Below are positions 22,272 through 32,846 of a DNA stretch of 64,000 bases, in pieces. The notes under the pieces were generated by a model that saw nothing but the letters and a program-made list of their open reading frames with translations, ran no database searches and had not been told where the DNA came from. The position numbers and the translations under genes were made by a program. The DNA is from a bacterium. Lineage in GTDB: Bacteria; SAR324; XYD2-FULL-50-16; G965216635. How positions within the stretch are numbered: position 1 is the first letter of the stretch; each line of letters opens with the position of its first letter. The DNA is taken from positions 1,120,001-1,184,000 of the forward strand of contig OZ244188.1 of NCBI GenBank assembly GCA_965216635.1, written 5' to 3'.

Positions 22272-23003
22272 ATGGGTTACATACTTATCGTTGGAGCTAA
22301 AGGAGATATAGCCAAAGCTTTAGCTAATAAATATGCTTCTAAAGGTTATAATCTTTATTTAGCGGCAATAAATTCCAAAGCACTGAAGAATTTTGCTGAT
22401 AACCTTAGTCAGAATCACCAAATAAAAACCAAATGCTTAGATTTAAATATTTTGGATTATTATAAGCATTCAACATTTTATGCATCTCTTAGAGAAAAAC
22501 CAGAAGGGGTGATTTGTGCTGTAGGCTACTTAGGTGAACAAAAAAAAAGCGAAGATGATATTGAAGAAACAATTAAAATTGTATCTACAAATTTTTTAGG
22601 TGTTGTCAATCTTTTCAATATTGTCGCTAAAGATTTTGAAAAAAGAAAACACGGGTTTATTGTCGGTATTAGCTCAGTAGCTGGGGAGAGGGGACGCAAA
22701 AAAAACTACATCTATGGCTCGGCTAAAGCAGCACTTACAGCTTACCTATCGGGACTTAGAAACAGACTCTTTTTTGCTAATGTTCAAGTACTCACAGTAA
22801 AACCCGGTTTTGTGAAAACAAAAATGACAGCTGAATTAAAAGGACCAAAAAGATTTGTAACTGACCCTGAAAAAGTAGCTGCAGCTATTTACAAGGCACA
22901 ACAAAAACAAAAAAACATCCTATATACAAGTTGGGTTTGGAAATGGATTATGTGGGCGGTTAAAATGATTCCCGAAAGTAAATTCAAGAAAATGGATTTT
23001 TAA
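22272..23003 (+). CDS. SDR oxidoreductase (DprE2-like subfamily)
   Basis: GAKGDIA, SSVAGERGRKKNYIYGSAK, VKPGFVKTKMT. Confidence 0.85.
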   Translation: MGYILIVGAKGDIAKALANKYASKGYNLYLAAINSKALKNFADNLSQNHQIKTKCLDLNILDYYKHSTFYASLREKPEGVICAVGYLGEQKKSEDDIEETIKIVSTNFLGVVNLFNIVAKDFEKRKHGFIVGISSVAGERGRKKNYIYGSAKAALTAYLSGLRNRLFFANVQVLTVKPGFVKTKMTAELKGPKRFVTDPEKVAAAIYKAQQKQKNILYTSWVWKWIMWAVKMIPESKFKKMDF

Positions 23004-23004
23004 A

Positions 23005-23925
23005 ATGATAGAAGTTAAAAATTTAGAAAAAAAATTTGGTGATTTTGTGGCTGTAGATAAAATCCATTTTTCCTTAAAATCTGGGGATATACTGGGTTTT
23101 CTAGGTCCCAATGGAGCAGGAAAATCAACAACTATGAAGATGCTTAGTGGCTATCTAACTCCAACAAGTGGCACAGCTTTAGTAAATAACAAAGATATTT
23201 GCAAACAACTAGAAGAAGTAAAAAAAATTATCGGTTACTTACCAGAAACAGTGCCTCTATACAAAGATATGACTGTTCGCGAATTTCTAAGATTTATAGC
23301 AAAAATCAGGCAGCTAATAAACACAGAGTCTAGAATCGATGAAATTCTTAAAATAACATCTTTAGAAGATGTGGCAGAACAAATCATAGGCACTTTGTCT
23401 AAAGGATACCGCCAAAGAGTAGGCTTTGCTCAAGCAATAATACACGACCCGCCTGTTTTAATTTTAGACGAGCCAACTGATGGATTAGATCCCAATCAAA
23501 AAAAAGAAGTGCGAGATATTATTCGGGGTTTAAGCAAAAACAAAGCAATCATTTTATCTACACATATTTTGGAAGAAATGGAAGCTGTTTGTAATCGTGT
23601 AATTATTATCAATGACGGAAAAATAGTGATGAATAGCACGCCTGAGAAATTGCTCCGACAATCTCCTTATTATAACAATATCCACATTTATTTTAAAAAA
23701 TCCCCTCCAGCAGGTTTGCAAAAAAATATTGAAACTATTGTTGGCGTAAAAAAAATAACCGTTTTAAATGATAAAGAATTTAGAATCCAGCCACAAGAAA
23801 AAGAAAATTTGTTTTTTAGAATTATGACTCTTTTAAAAACAAAAAATATAGAAATAGATGGTATTTTTCAACATAGAGGGAAAGCCGAAGAAGTTTTTAG
23901 AGAACTGACTTTGAATCCAAAATAA
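23005..23925 (+). CDS. ABC transporter ATP-binding protein (GldA-like)
   Basis: GPNGAGKST, LSKGYRQRVG, LDEPTDGLDPNQ. Confidence 0.9.
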   Translation: MIEVKNLEKKFGDFVAVDKIHFSLKSGDILGFLGPNGAGKSTTMKMLSGYLTPTSGTALVNNKDICKQLEEVKKIIGYLPETVPLYKDMTVREFLRFIAKIRQLINTESRIDEILKITSLEDVAEQIIGTLSKGYRQRVGFAQAIIHDPPVLILDEPTDGLDPNQKKEVRDIIRGLSKNKAIILSTHILEEMEAVCNRVIIINDGKIVMNSTPEKLLRQSPYYNNIHIYFKKSPPAGLQKNIETIVGVKKITVLNDKEFRIQPQEKENLFFRIMTLLKTKNIEIDGIFQHRGKAEEVFRELTLNPK

Positions 23926-23927
23926 AA

Positions 23928-24656
23928 ATGAAACAAATATATTATATCACCAAACGAGAACTCACAGGCTATTTTTTTTCTCCAATAGCCTATGTCTTTA
24001 TATGTATTTTTTTGCTCGCTAGTATGGCTTCTACCTTTTACCTAGGTAATTTTTTTGCGTCTAGTGAGGCGAGCCTTTCTATTTTTTTTCGTTTTCATCC
24101 TTGGCTCTATTTGTTTCTAATTCCAGCAGTCGGTATGCGGTTATGGGCAGAAGAAAGAAACACAGGAACATTAGAGCTTTTGCTTACTTTACCTATTCGC
24201 ACCATAGATGCCGTTATTGGTAAATTTTTAGCAGGTTGGATTTTTATTGCTTTTTCTTTACTTCTTACTTTTCCGATTGTTTTGACAATAGCCTACCTAG
24301 GCAGCCCCGATTATGGACTTATGCTAACAGGATATCTAGGCAGTCTGCTACTCGCTGGTTGTTATCTAGTCGTTAGTTGCACAACCTCTGCAATGACACA
24401 AAATCAAGTGATCAGTTTCGTAATTAGTGCTATGATTAACTTTCTTTTACTTCTTTTGGGGTGGGGGGTTTTTCAAAAAACTATCACGGGTATATTTTCT
24501 ACCTTTACCTCTGATTTGATAACTTTTATTAGTTATACCAACCATTATGAAACTATCAGTAAGGGCTTAATAGATAGCCGTAGTCTTGTCTATTTTTTTA
24601 GTTTTATCGGCTTTTGTCTTTATTTGAATGTGCTGATTCTTGAGAAAAAAAAATAA
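23928..24656 (+). CDS. ABC-2 permease (GldF-like)
   Basis: RELTGYFFSPIAY, MRLWAEERNTGTLELLLTLP. Confidence 0.9.
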   Translation: MKQIYYITKRELTGYFFSPIAYVFICIFLLASMASTFYLGNFFASSEASLSIFFRFHPWLYLFLIPAVGMRLWAEERNTGTLELLLTLPIRTIDAVIGKFLAGWIFIAFSLLLTFPIVLTIAYLGSPDYGLMLTGYLGSLLLAGCYLVVSCTTSAMTQNQVISFVISAMINFLLLLLGWGVFQKTITGIFSTFTSDLITFISYTNHYETISKGLIDSRSLVYFFSFIGFCLYLNVLILEKKK

Positions 24657-24675
24657 GTCGCAAGAAATTCAATCT

Positions 24676-25332
24676 ATGCGCATAATCAAAAAACTTTTAG
24701 AAATTATAGCTCAGCTAAGAAGCAAGGACGGGTGTGCTTGGGATAGAAAACAAACACACGAGAGTCTTTTGCCTCATCTGGAAGAAGAAACTTGGGAGGT
24801 GATGGATGCTGTTAAAAAAAAACTTTATAAAAAAGAATTAAAAGAAGAACTAGCAGATGTTTTATTACTGGTTGTGATGCATTCTCAAATAGCCTCCGAA
24901 GTAAATAATTTTGATTTTTTTGAAGTGGTTGAATACCTCAACCAAAAACTTATTCGCAGACACCCCCATATTTTTAATAAAGATGCAGTTGCTAAAGACT
25001 TTGATATTGAAAAAGAATGGCATAATATCAAAGTAAAAGAGCAAGGAAAAAAATATCACCCATTAGAAAGAGTACCTGCGTCTAGTTCGGCAGCTTACCA
25101 TTTTAAAAAACTCAAATCATTTGAGACAGAAAAGTTTGAAATCAATTTAGATGAATTAACAACACAAATCCAATTTTTAAAAAAAGAAACAGATAAAAAA
25201 AAAATTTCTTTGAGGATAGGAAAAATATTTTACGATTTGGCTTCTTTAAGCGAGCAAAAAGGATTGCCGTGGGAAGAGCTTTTTAAGGACTTCCTCAATA
25301 GTAAAAAAAACAAAATTCTCAAAAACTCCTAA
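24676..25332 (+). CDS. mazG: MazG-family nucleoside triphosphate pyrophosphohydrolase
   Basis: GCAWDRKQTHESL..EEETWE..EELADVL..KLIRRHPHIF; second domain degenerate. Confidence 0.82.
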   Translation: MRIIKKLLEIIAQLRSKDGCAWDRKQTHESLLPHLEEETWEVMDAVKKKLYKKELKEELADVLLLVVMHSQIASEVNNFDFFEVVEYLNQKLIRRHPHIFNKDAVAKDFDIEKEWHNIKVKEQGKKYHPLERVPASSSAAYHFKKLKSFETEKFEINLDELTTQIQFLKKETDKKKISLRIGKIFYDLASLSEQKGLPWEELFKDFLNSKKNKILKNS

Positions 25333-25567
25333 ACATAGCCTATTACCTGAGCCATTATCGGACAAGAGATCTTTTAAATTAGGAAAAAAGGATGGAATCT
25401 ATTCTAGGCTCTGATATTTTTCAAGAAAGAACAGAAGTAGTTTTCAGGGCAGGATGATTTTTTGGTAGTGTTCAATACTTTTTAAACTTCTGCTAACTGG
25501 CAAATTTTTGTATAGTAAGTGAGTTTGAGACCTTTGAACAAATATATTTACCAACAATGGCTGTAAT

Positions 25568-25816
25568 AGACTTTTGAATTTGCCAAATAGAACAAAACTA
25601 GCTGTGACGTCTAGCCAAATGGTTAGAACGGTTGCAAAAAAAAATTTTAGCTCGCTGGAATAGCGTAGTGCCACAATAATGTGACCAGGCACTACAAAAA
25701 TAAGTGTATAGCACAAATGGAATGAAAAAGTGCCAAAAGGCACTTTTTCTATAGCCCATAAAAAGCGTCAAGCAATAAGCTTGGTTTGGCTAAACAAAAC
25801 TCAAATTCAAAAGTCT
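25568..25816. mobile_element. Long composite AGAC/GTCT element (249 bp)
   Basis: agacttttgaatttg ... caaattcaaaagtct; internal gtagtgcc..ggcactac and gaaaaagtgcc..ggcactttttc hairpins; extra left-end fragment at 25528. Confidence 0.9.
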
Positions 25817-25875
25817 ATATAATGAGTGATAGAAAAACAGATTAAATTTATGAAAAACTGCTTTTTGATATAGTC

Positions 25876-26742
25876 TTAAAAAGAATCAGGGATAGAAGTG
25901 TCTAAGGTTATTTTTCCCAGCTTGCCACTGCGAAAATCCTTGAGTATTTTTTGATGTAAGTTTGTGAAATTCACCAAAGAAGTTTTTCTTCCAATTTCTG
26001 GCAATAGCTCTTGCCAATCTGTTTCTGTATAGATTGTCGTGCTATCCTTTTCTTTTTTAAAGGCATAAAAATCTAAAATAGCTTCCCGAAATTCTTTACA
26101 TTTCAAAAAAAGATATTCCAAACTCAAAACGTTCAGTTCTTCATTTTCTTGAAGGCTATGGGCTGCATAAATTTTATAAACCTCTTCTTGATTTTCCATA
26201 GTAGGAAGTAATATACCGGGAGTATCTAATATTTCTAATTTGTTTGCTAAAACAACCCATTGGTTATGTCGGGTAATACCGGGTTTACTGCCAGTGTGGG
26301 TTTTATTTTTTCCTATCAAGCAGTTAATCAAAGTAGATTTTCCAGTATTAGGCAAACCGATTACTAAAATTCTAAGTGGAGGGGATTGGATGAAGCGTTT
26401 TTGGTAATAAAGTTGGATCTTTTTTTGCTGTTCTCCAATAAGACGAAAAACTTTTTTTATAGCATTCCTGTTTTTAAGACTCAAAAAAAGAGCAGATTTA
26501 CCTTTTTTTTTGTAATAAGCACACCATTTTTGATTCCAATCAGGGTTTGATAAATCTTCTTTATTAAATAATAGGAGCGATTTTTTTTGTTCTAGCTCTG
26601 CTCTTAAAGGTAAATTTTCTGAGCTATAGGGAACTCTAGCGTCCCTGACCTCTAGGATTAAATCGGTTTTTTTCAAGTATGCTTTGATTTCAGAGACAGC
26701 GTTTTTTATATGTCCGCCATAGTTGTAAAATCTATTTCCCAT
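25876..26742 (-). CDS. rbgA: Ribosome biogenesis GTPase RbgA/YlqF
   Basis: Circularly permuted GTPase: DARVP, NKED, GLPNTGKSTLIN, PGIT, LDTPGIL, FRSGKLG. Confidence 0.92.
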   Translation of the reverse strand: MGNRFYNYGGHIKNAVSEIKAYLKKTDLILEVRDARVPYSSENLPLRAELEQKKSLLLFNKEDLSNPDWNQKWCAYYKKKGKSALFLSLKNRNAIKKVFRLIGEQQKKIQLYYQKRFIQSPPLRILVIGLPNTGKSTLINCLIGKNKTHTGSKPGITRHNQWVVLANKLEILDTPGILLPTMENQEEVYKIYAAHSLQENEELNVLSLEYLFLKCKEFREAILDFYAFKKEKDSTTIYTETDWQELLPEIGRKTSLVNFTNLHQKILKDFRSGKLGKITLDTSIPDSF

Positions 26743-28282
26743 TTTTAGCACAAAATTCTAAGATAACTTCTCTATCGGAAAAAGGAATTTTTTTATTTTT
26801 TATCGTTTGGAATTTTTCGTGTCCTTTACCAGCAACTAAAACTAAGTCTTCTTTTTTTGCTAATTTTAGTGCTAAAAAAATTGCTTTTTTTCTATTTTTT
26901 TCTAGATATAGATTTTTAAAATTTTTAGAAATCCCCTGCTGAATTTCTTTGATAATAGTCATCTCTAATTCATCTCTAGGGTTGTCGCTAGTTAAAACTA
27001 TAGAATCACAAAAGTTTGCCGCAATTTTTCCCATTAACGGTCTTTTTCTTTTATCTCTATTGCCTCCACAGCCAAAAACACAAATAAGTTTCCTTTGTAG
27101 TCTTTTTTGAGGAAAAGTTTTTTTGATGGCTTGTAGTATATTTTGTAAAGCATCTGGAGTGTGGGCGTAGTCTACAAAAACATGTATGCCTGCTTTATTG
27201 GGAATTATTTCAAAACGCCCTGTGACCGTTGCTAAATTTTTTAATGCAGAGGTGATTTCTTTTGCTGAAAATCCTAGTAAATAGCAAGCACAAAAAGAGG
27301 CAAGTGCATTATAAATATTAAAAATCGCTGGTATTTTTAAATGAATGGTAGCTAAAAATTTTCCTTTACTGAAAATTTCAAAAGAGCTTTTGCCACCTAC
27401 TAGGTTTAGAATTTTTGCAAAAAAATCAGCATCTGGATCTTTTATGCTATAGGTATGATTTTTGAGTTTAGCAGTATTGCTTGCTTGTATAAAATCTTTA
27501 CTGTGAACATCATCTTTATTGATAAGAGTTTGTGCGATTTTTTTTTGGGAAGCTAAATTGATAAAATAATTTAGTTTAGAATTTTTATAGTTTTCCCAAG
27601 TTAAATGAAAATCTAGATGGTCTTGAGTAAGATTAGTGAAAATTATAATATCAAACTCTATCGCTGATACTCTTTTGTAGTAGTTACCATGGCTTGTGAT
27701 TTCTATCACGAGATACTCAAGATGATCTTTTTTATCACTACCAAGAATTTGGTAAAGATCTAAGGCAAGTGGAGTGGTAAGACCTGTCTGCACATTTTTT
27801 TCTTTGTGCATTATACCTAAAGTGCCGACAACTGCGGTGTTTTTTTTCAAGCGATTTAAAATATCATCTATAAATTGGCTAGTAGTAGTTTTACCGTTGG
27901 TACCTGTGACTCCGATAATTTTAGTTTTATTAAAAGGATCTTGGAAAAACTTTTTTACAATGAGTGCCATCGCTAAGTGGGCATCACTGACTTGAATCCA
28001 AATAATATGTTTAGGAATTTTTAGTTTGGCTGATTTACTACTCAAGATACAAACAGCTCCTTTTTGGATGGCTTTTTGATAGTTGGGTAAAGGAGATGGA
28101 ATTTTTGCTTCTATAAATTCTTCTTCTTCAATACAAAAAAATAAATTTTTTGTTCTGATTTTTCTATAATCCAAAGCTAGTCCGTGAATTTCTTGATCTT
28201 GAAAATTTACTTTTTTAACAATAATTTTTTGAATAGGTTGGAGTAAGCTGCTGATTTTCATAAAATTTTTCTTGGTAGACAT
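26732..28282 (-). CDS. murE: UDP-MurNAc-dipeptide--DAP ligase
   Basis: GVTGTNGKTT, FTNLTQDHLDFH, DYAHTPDAL, GCGGNRD, SDNPR, AGKGHE. Confidence 0.94.
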   Translation of the reverse strand: MSTKKNFMKISSLLQPIQKIIVKKVNFQDQEIHGLALDYRKIRTKNLFFCIEEEEFIEAKIPSPLPNYQKAIQKGAVCILSSKSAKLKIPKHIIWIQVSDAHLAMALIVKKFFQDPFNKTKIIGVTGTNGKTTTSQFIDDILNRLKKNTAVVGTLGIMHKEKNVQTGLTTPLALDLYQILGSDKKDHLEYLVIEITSHGNYYKRVSAIEFDIIIFTNLTQDHLDFHLTWENYKNSKLNYFINLASQKKIAQTLINKDDVHSKDFIQASNTAKLKNHTYSIKDPDADFFAKILNLVGGKSSFEIFSKGKFLATIHLKIPAIFNIYNALASFCACYLLGFSAKEITSALKNLATVTGRFEIIPNKAGIHVFVDYAHTPDALQNILQAIKKTFPQKRLQRKLICVFGCGGNRDKRKRPLMGKIAANFCDSIVLTSDNPRDELEMTIIKEIQQGISKNFKNLYLEKNRKKAIFLALKLAKKEDLVLVAGKGHEKFQTIKNKKIPFSDREVILEFCAKNGK

Positions 28283-28340
28283 AAGGTGGTTTTGTGAAAC
28301 AGAGTCAGAAGAAAAAACTAACTAAACTAAAACATCTAAT

Positions 28341-28360
28341 AGACCTCCTAGCAAAGGTCT
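28341..28360. mobile_element. Ultra-short remnant of the AGAC/GTCT element
   Basis: agacct-cctagcaa-aggtct abutting the mgtE stop codon. Confidence 0.5.
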
Positions 28361-29722
28361 CTAACTAATTTGGTGTAAAAATTGAGTAGCAAAAACAAAA
28401 ACTAAAAGAAATCCCACCATATCTGTAATGGTCGTCAATAGAGGACCCGAAGCAATAGCTGGATCAATTTTAGCTGACTTCAACAGGATAGGAATAAGAC
28501 TACCCAAACAAACTGCTATGACAGTGTTGCAAGCAAGAGCAGAGCCTACAACCAATCCTAGATAAATATTTTCTTTCCATAAAACAGCAATTAGTGCGAT
28601 GATACAACCTAAAACTATTCCATTCATTATGCCTAATATAGATTCTTTGAAGAGCACTCTAAATATTTCTTTAGGCTGCAACCAGCCTAAAGCGAGTTCT
28701 CTTAAAGTGACGGCAACAGATTGATTGCCCGAACATCCACTCATATCAGATATTATGGGAAGAAATACAGCTAGAGTAATAGCTTGAGCGAGGGTGTCTT
28801 GATAAATAATAATTACACTTGCAGCCATAAAGTTCAGTAAAATATTTATACTGAGCCAAGAAAGTCTTTTAGCAGATCTTAGAGGAATAGGCATAGAATG
28901 AGTTTCTTCGCCTCCCATAATTCCTGTTAATTTCAAAAATTCTTGTTCGGTTTCTCTTTTTAGAAAATGCTCTATAGAATCTCTTTTGATTACTCCTAAA
29001 AGTTTGTTATTTGTATCTACCACAGGAAATGCAAGATAAGGATGAGCATTGAAATAATCTCTTACTTGCTCGGCATTATCGTCTATGGGAATGGTAACGA
29101 TATTTTTATAAACAATGTTTATAAGTGGAGTATTTTTTGAAGAAAAAAATAGTTCTCTTAGAGGTATCACTCCTAATAATTTTTTTTGTTTATCTATAAT
29201 ATAGGTATATTGAACATCATATTTTTTATAAGTTTCTGCATTTTTTTCTAGGTCTATGCGAATATCGTTTGTTGTTTGGTGACTATAGTATTCTAAGTAT
29301 TCTCTAACCATTAAACCACCTGCAGTATTATCTTCATATTTTATGAGTTCTTTTACTTCTGCCCTCATTACCGGGTCAAAGTATTGAATAATTTTATTTA
29401 CTACTTTGGGGTCTAAGGCTCGGAAAGTATCTACTTGTATATCACTGGGGATATACTCTAAAATTTTTGCGGCTTTGCTTCGTTTTAATTTTAGAAGCAC
29501 ATAATCCATAAGGTGATTGTCTAACGCACTGTATAATAATTGTGCAGCTGTTTCTTCTGGAATTGTAGAAAACAGTTTGATTTTATTTTTATTTGAAAGG
29601 TAGCTAATAAAGCAGTGGAGATCTGGTGAGTCGCTCATTCCAATAAAATGAATGAGCTCTTTTACTTGATTAGTTTGTATAAAATCACGAAATTCCTCAA
29701 ATTTCTTTTTTGAAAACTCCAT
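28361..29722 (-). CDS. mgtE: Magnesium transporter MgtE
   Basis: TAGGLM, CBS pair, SGCSGNQS, DPAIASGPLLTTITD. Confidence 0.94.
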   Translation of the reverse strand: MEFSKKKFEEFRDFIQTNQVKELIHFIGMSDSPDLHCFISYLSNKNKIKLFSTIPEETAAQLLYSALDNHLMDYVLLKLKRSKAAKILEYIPSDIQVDTFRALDPKVVNKIIQYFDPVMRAEVKELIKYEDNTAGGLMVREYLEYYSHQTTNDIRIDLEKNAETYKKYDVQYTYIIDKQKKLLGVIPLRELFFSSKNTPLINIVYKNIVTIPIDDNAEQVRDYFNAHPYLAFPVVDTNNKLLGVIKRDSIEHFLKRETEQEFLKLTGIMGGEETHSMPIPLRSAKRLSWLSINILLNFMAASVIIIYQDTLAQAITLAVFLPIISDMSGCSGNQSVAVTLRELALGWLQPKEIFRVLFKESILGIMNGIVLGCIIALIAVLWKENIYLGLVVGSALACNTVIAVCLGSLIPILLKSAKIDPAIASGPLLTTITDMVGFLLVFVFATQFLHQIS

Positions 29723-29841
29723 TTGCTACTTTAGTGGGCAAATTTTAGCTTGTATTTTGGACAAAATGAATGTGATCTTTGAATTAGGTATTAGACAAAA
29801 TCTATACTTCTTTTTGCCATTTGTGTTTTTATGAACTATAT

Positions 29842-30092
29842 AGACCTTTGAATTTGCCAAATAGAACAAAACTAGCTGTGACGGCTAGCCAAATGGTTAG
29901 AACAGGTGCGAAAAAATTTTTAGCTCGTAGGAATATCGTAGTGCCATAATAATAGGATCAGGCACTACAAAACTTGCATAATCTAAAAAAGAAACACAAA
30001 AACTCCAGTGGAGCTTTTGCTATAACCCTTATGAAATAGATAGCAGTAAGAGAGAGCATTTCTTCACAAATGGCAAGAGTTAAAAAAAAATT
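29842..30092. mobile_element. Long composite element, right end missing
   Basis: Left arm nearly identical to 25568; gtagtgcc..ggcactac, ctccagtggag and gagcatttcttcacaaatggcaagag modules. Confidence 0.85.
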
Positions 30093-30371
30093 TTAAAGAC
30101 TATCCTCTCCACTATCTTCAAAACTATTATCATCTATTGTCAATTCTCTTAAAGCATTCGCTTCCTCTTGGGATTTAATTACTGGTTCAATATAGCCTTT
30201 ACTTATTTCATAAACAGCACAAGAAACTGGTTTTAAGTTGTTTGTGTTCTCAAAAGCAACACTAGAATTTTCATATAAATCTATAGCTCTTTTTGTAGCT
30301 ACCATAATTTTTTCAAAGAGACTGATATCCTTGTTTTTTTTGTAATCTTCTACAAAGTCTAAATAATTCAT
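30093..30371 (-). CDS. rpoZ: Probable RNA polymerase omega subunit
   Basis: SLFEKIMVATKRAIDL..KPVSCAVYEISKG resembles the omega motif; acidic tail. Confidence 0.65.
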   Translation of the reverse strand: MNYLDFVEDYKKNKDISLFEKIMVATKRAIDLYENSSVAFENTNNLKPVSCAVYEISKGYIEPVIKSQEEANALRELTIDDNSFEDSGEDSL

Positions 30372-30385
30372 AATTAGTTTTTATA

Positions 30386-31051
30386 TTAAATAACTTTTAA
30401 AATTTCCCTAACCAAACTTTCTAATCTCCTTCCTCTAAAATCTCTTAGAAGATTTTGAAGGTGAGCCTTAGCTTCCAATGTTCTACCCTGTAGCATCAAA
30501 TTCTGAGCTATCTCAAATATAACATAATCCTCCAAAAAAACCAATTCAGCATTTACAAGAGTATCTACTGCCGATTGATAATCTCCTTGAATCTGATAAA
30601 TATTTGCGATAGACAATGATACTAGCACACTAAAAGTGTTTTGCGAATCTTTAATTTGAAGGTCTATACTTTCTAACCATTCTTGAACTTTTTTATAATC
30701 TTTTTTTTTAATGTAGTAGTTAGCTAGATAATAGCGAGCTAAATCTCCTTGTTTATTTTTAGAATTTTTTACAATAAAAAGCTCCATCATAGAAACTGCT
30801 TCAGAATTACTTTCTTTTGCAAGAAGTATTTCTAATTTATAGAGTGCAGCTGTTCTTTTTTTTTCTTTTTCTTCTAAATAAACCTTAAAACCACTAAATA
30901 AAAGAATAGAAATAATTACTAGTCCACCAAACCAATAAAATAGCTTACGATTTTCAGATGTTATGTTTTTGATTCTCTGGAAAGGAGAAACAGGTTTATT
31001 CTCAGAATTAAGGGGAGTTTCTGGACTAGGTTTTTTAGGTGATTTATTCAT
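30386..31051 (-). CDS. Membrane-anchored TPR protein (YfgM-like)
   Basis: Single TM followed by helical TPR-like repeats. Confidence 0.65.
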   Translation of the reverse strand: MNKSPKKPSPETPLNSENKPVSPFQRIKNITSENRKLFYWFGGLVIISILLFSGFKVYLEEKEKKRTAALYKLEILLAKESNSEAVSMMELFIVKNSKNKQGDLARYYLANYYIKKKDYKKVQEWLESIDLQIKDSQNTFSVLVSLSIANIYQIQGDYQSAVDTLVNAELVFLEDYVIFEIAQNLMLQGRTLEAKAHLQNLLRDFRGRRLESLVREILKVI

Positions 31052-31072
31052 TGTTTCTTATTAGATAATACT

Positions 31073-31101
31073 ATTCTATACATATCTATTATTTTTGTCA
31101 A
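31073..31101 (-). promoter_or_regulatory. Sigma70-type promoter
   Basis: TTGACA-17-TAGAAT on the minus strand upstream of the TPR gene. Confidence 0.65.
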
Positions 31102-31175
31102 ATAAAAAAGTGTGGGAATAGCTAAAAAAACATACTATTGAAAAATAGACGCTAATTTTGTACTAAATAATGGGC

Positions 31176-32201
31176 TCAATCTAGGAAACCCTGCAATACA
31201 TTGACTGTGTTTATTCCAATTTCTTTTACAGCGTAGCCTCCTTCCATCACAAAGAGAGTAGGTATTTTTAAACGAGCTAAAGAATGACCATAAGTTAAAA
31301 AATCATCTTCGCTGAGTTTAAAAAAACTAATAGGGTCTTTTTCAAAGGTATCTGTGCCTAAAGAAACGATTAAAAAATCTGGTTTGTAGTTTTGAATTTT
31401 TTTGAAGGCTTGTTCTAAAGTTTGATTCCAAATACTAAAAGTAGTGTTTGGAGCCAGCGGATAATTGGCATTAAAACCTTCGCCTTGCTCTTTTCCGCAT
31501 TCGTCGGCATAGCCTGAAAAATGTGGGAACGCCAGCCTCGGTTCTCCGTGAAGAGATAAAAAGAAAGCATCACTGCGTTCATAAAAAATATCCTGTGTGC
31601 CATTGCCATGATGAAAATCTACATCTAAAATAGCTACTTTAGACGCCCCTTTTTCTAAAAAACCCTGAGCTGCAATAGCTGCATTATTCAAAAAGCAGTA
31701 ACCTCCGTAGAGGTCTTTGGCTGCGTGGTGTCCCGGTGGACGGCACAGAGCAAAGGCTACATTTGCTCCATCGGAAATTGTTTTTTGAGCAGATAAAGCA
31801 ACCGCTGCGCTTACTTGAGCTGCTTCCCAAGTGCCAGCAGTGATAGTCGTATCTATAGCCATACAATAAAAACCAAGTTTTCCTTCTATATGTTCTGGCT
31901 CTTTTTGCCTCATCCTTCTTGCAGGGATAGCTGTAGGCAGGGCGCCTTCCGAGTAGCCTTCTTGTTGCCACAGCTTCCAAGCATTTTTAATAAAATGAAT
32001 ATAATCAAGACTGTGTACTTTTCCTACAATGGATAAATCTAATGGATCGGGTGCTGAAATATCTTGAAATCCTGTTTTTTTTAAAGAATCTAAAATAAAA
32101 TCACACCTTTCAGGACACTCAAAGGGCTTTATAAATTTTCCACCTACTAGTTCTCCTTTAGGAAAGTGTTTTTTGTGTTCTTCACTATAGAATATTTTCA
32201 T
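31176..32201 (-). CDS. aphA: Acetylpolyamine amidohydrolase (histone deacetylase family)
   Basis: RPPGHHA, GGYCFLNNAA, LDVDFHHGNGTQDIFY, EGGY; last gene of the polyamine cluster. Confidence 0.9.
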   Translation of the reverse strand: MKIFYSEEHKKHFPKGELVGGKFIKPFECPERCDFILDSLKKTGFQDISAPDPLDLSIVGKVHSLDYIHFIKNAWKLWQQEGYSEGALPTAIPARRMRQKEPEHIEGKLGFYCMAIDTTITAGTWEAAQVSAAVALSAQKTISDGANVAFALCRPPGHHAAKDLYGGYCFLNNAAIAAQGFLEKGASKVAILDVDFHHGNGTQDIFYERSDAFFLSLHGEPRLAFPHFSGYADECGKEQGEGFNANYPLAPNTTFSIWNQTLEQAFKKIQNYKPDFLIVSLGTDTFEKDPISFFKLSEDDFLTYGHSLARLKIPTLFVMEGGYAVKEIGINTVNVLQGFLD

Positions 32202-32257
32202 AATTAGATCTTAGAAAAAATTTGGTAAATAGGAATAGTTTTAGTGTTTTTTTAACA

Positions 32258-32544
32258 AGTATTATGTTGCTTTAGCTTATCTAATATAGTATTATGTTGC
32301 TTTAGCTTATCCAATATAGTATATGTTGCTTTAGCTTACCTGATATAGTATTATGTTGCTTTAGCTTATCCAATATAGTATTATGTTGCTTTAGCTTATC
32401 CAATATAGCATTATGTTGCTTTAGCTTATCTAATAGTATTATGTTGCTTTAGCTTATCCAATATAGCATTATGTTGCTTTAGCTTATCTAATATAGTATT
32501 ATGTTGCTTTAGCTTACCCAATATAGTATTATGTTGCTTTAGCT
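32258..32544. repeat. 30-bp tandem repeat, ~9.7 copies
   Basis: Unit agtattatgttgctttagcttatc(c/t)aatat, with 28- and 29-bp variants. Confidence 0.97.
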
Positions 32545-32597
32545 ATTAGGACTAGGATAGTTATTATTTATAGCTTTTTCAACAAATTATTTTAAAA

Positions 32598-32846
32598 ATG
32601 AAAAATAAAAATTACAAACATTCTTCTAATCTACCTCTTTCTAAATACCCTTTTTTAAATGGTATGGGAAGTGTGCTTAATTTATCAGGTAACTCGGATT
32701 CTTTGGATTGGATTTTAGAAAGAAGTGATGGAGATGCAATTCGCTCTGATTGGGAAATGGTTGGAGACAGTTTGTGGGATGCACTTGATCAAGCCGAAAT
32801 TATCTACAAAGACAAACACGTACATGGTAAAAAAGGGCAAAGGTAA
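32598..32846 (+). CDS. Small hypothetical protein upstream of DUF2335
   Basis: FLNGMGSVLNL..SDGDAIRSDWEMVGDSL; overlaps the next gene. Confidence 0.7.
   Translation: MKNKNYKHSSNLPLSKYPFLNGMGSVLNLSGNSDSLDWILERSDGDAIRSDWEMVGDSLWDALDQAEIIYKDKHVHGKKGQR

Noticed and set aside
25333..25560. Possible decayed gene between mazG and the element
   Set aside because: Only short broken frames; no family recognisable by eye.
25444..25743. 99-aa ORF
   Set aside because: Mostly overlies the palindromic element; no protein features.
32258..32544. CRISPR array
   Set aside because: Units are contiguous with no unique spacers, and there are no cas genes.
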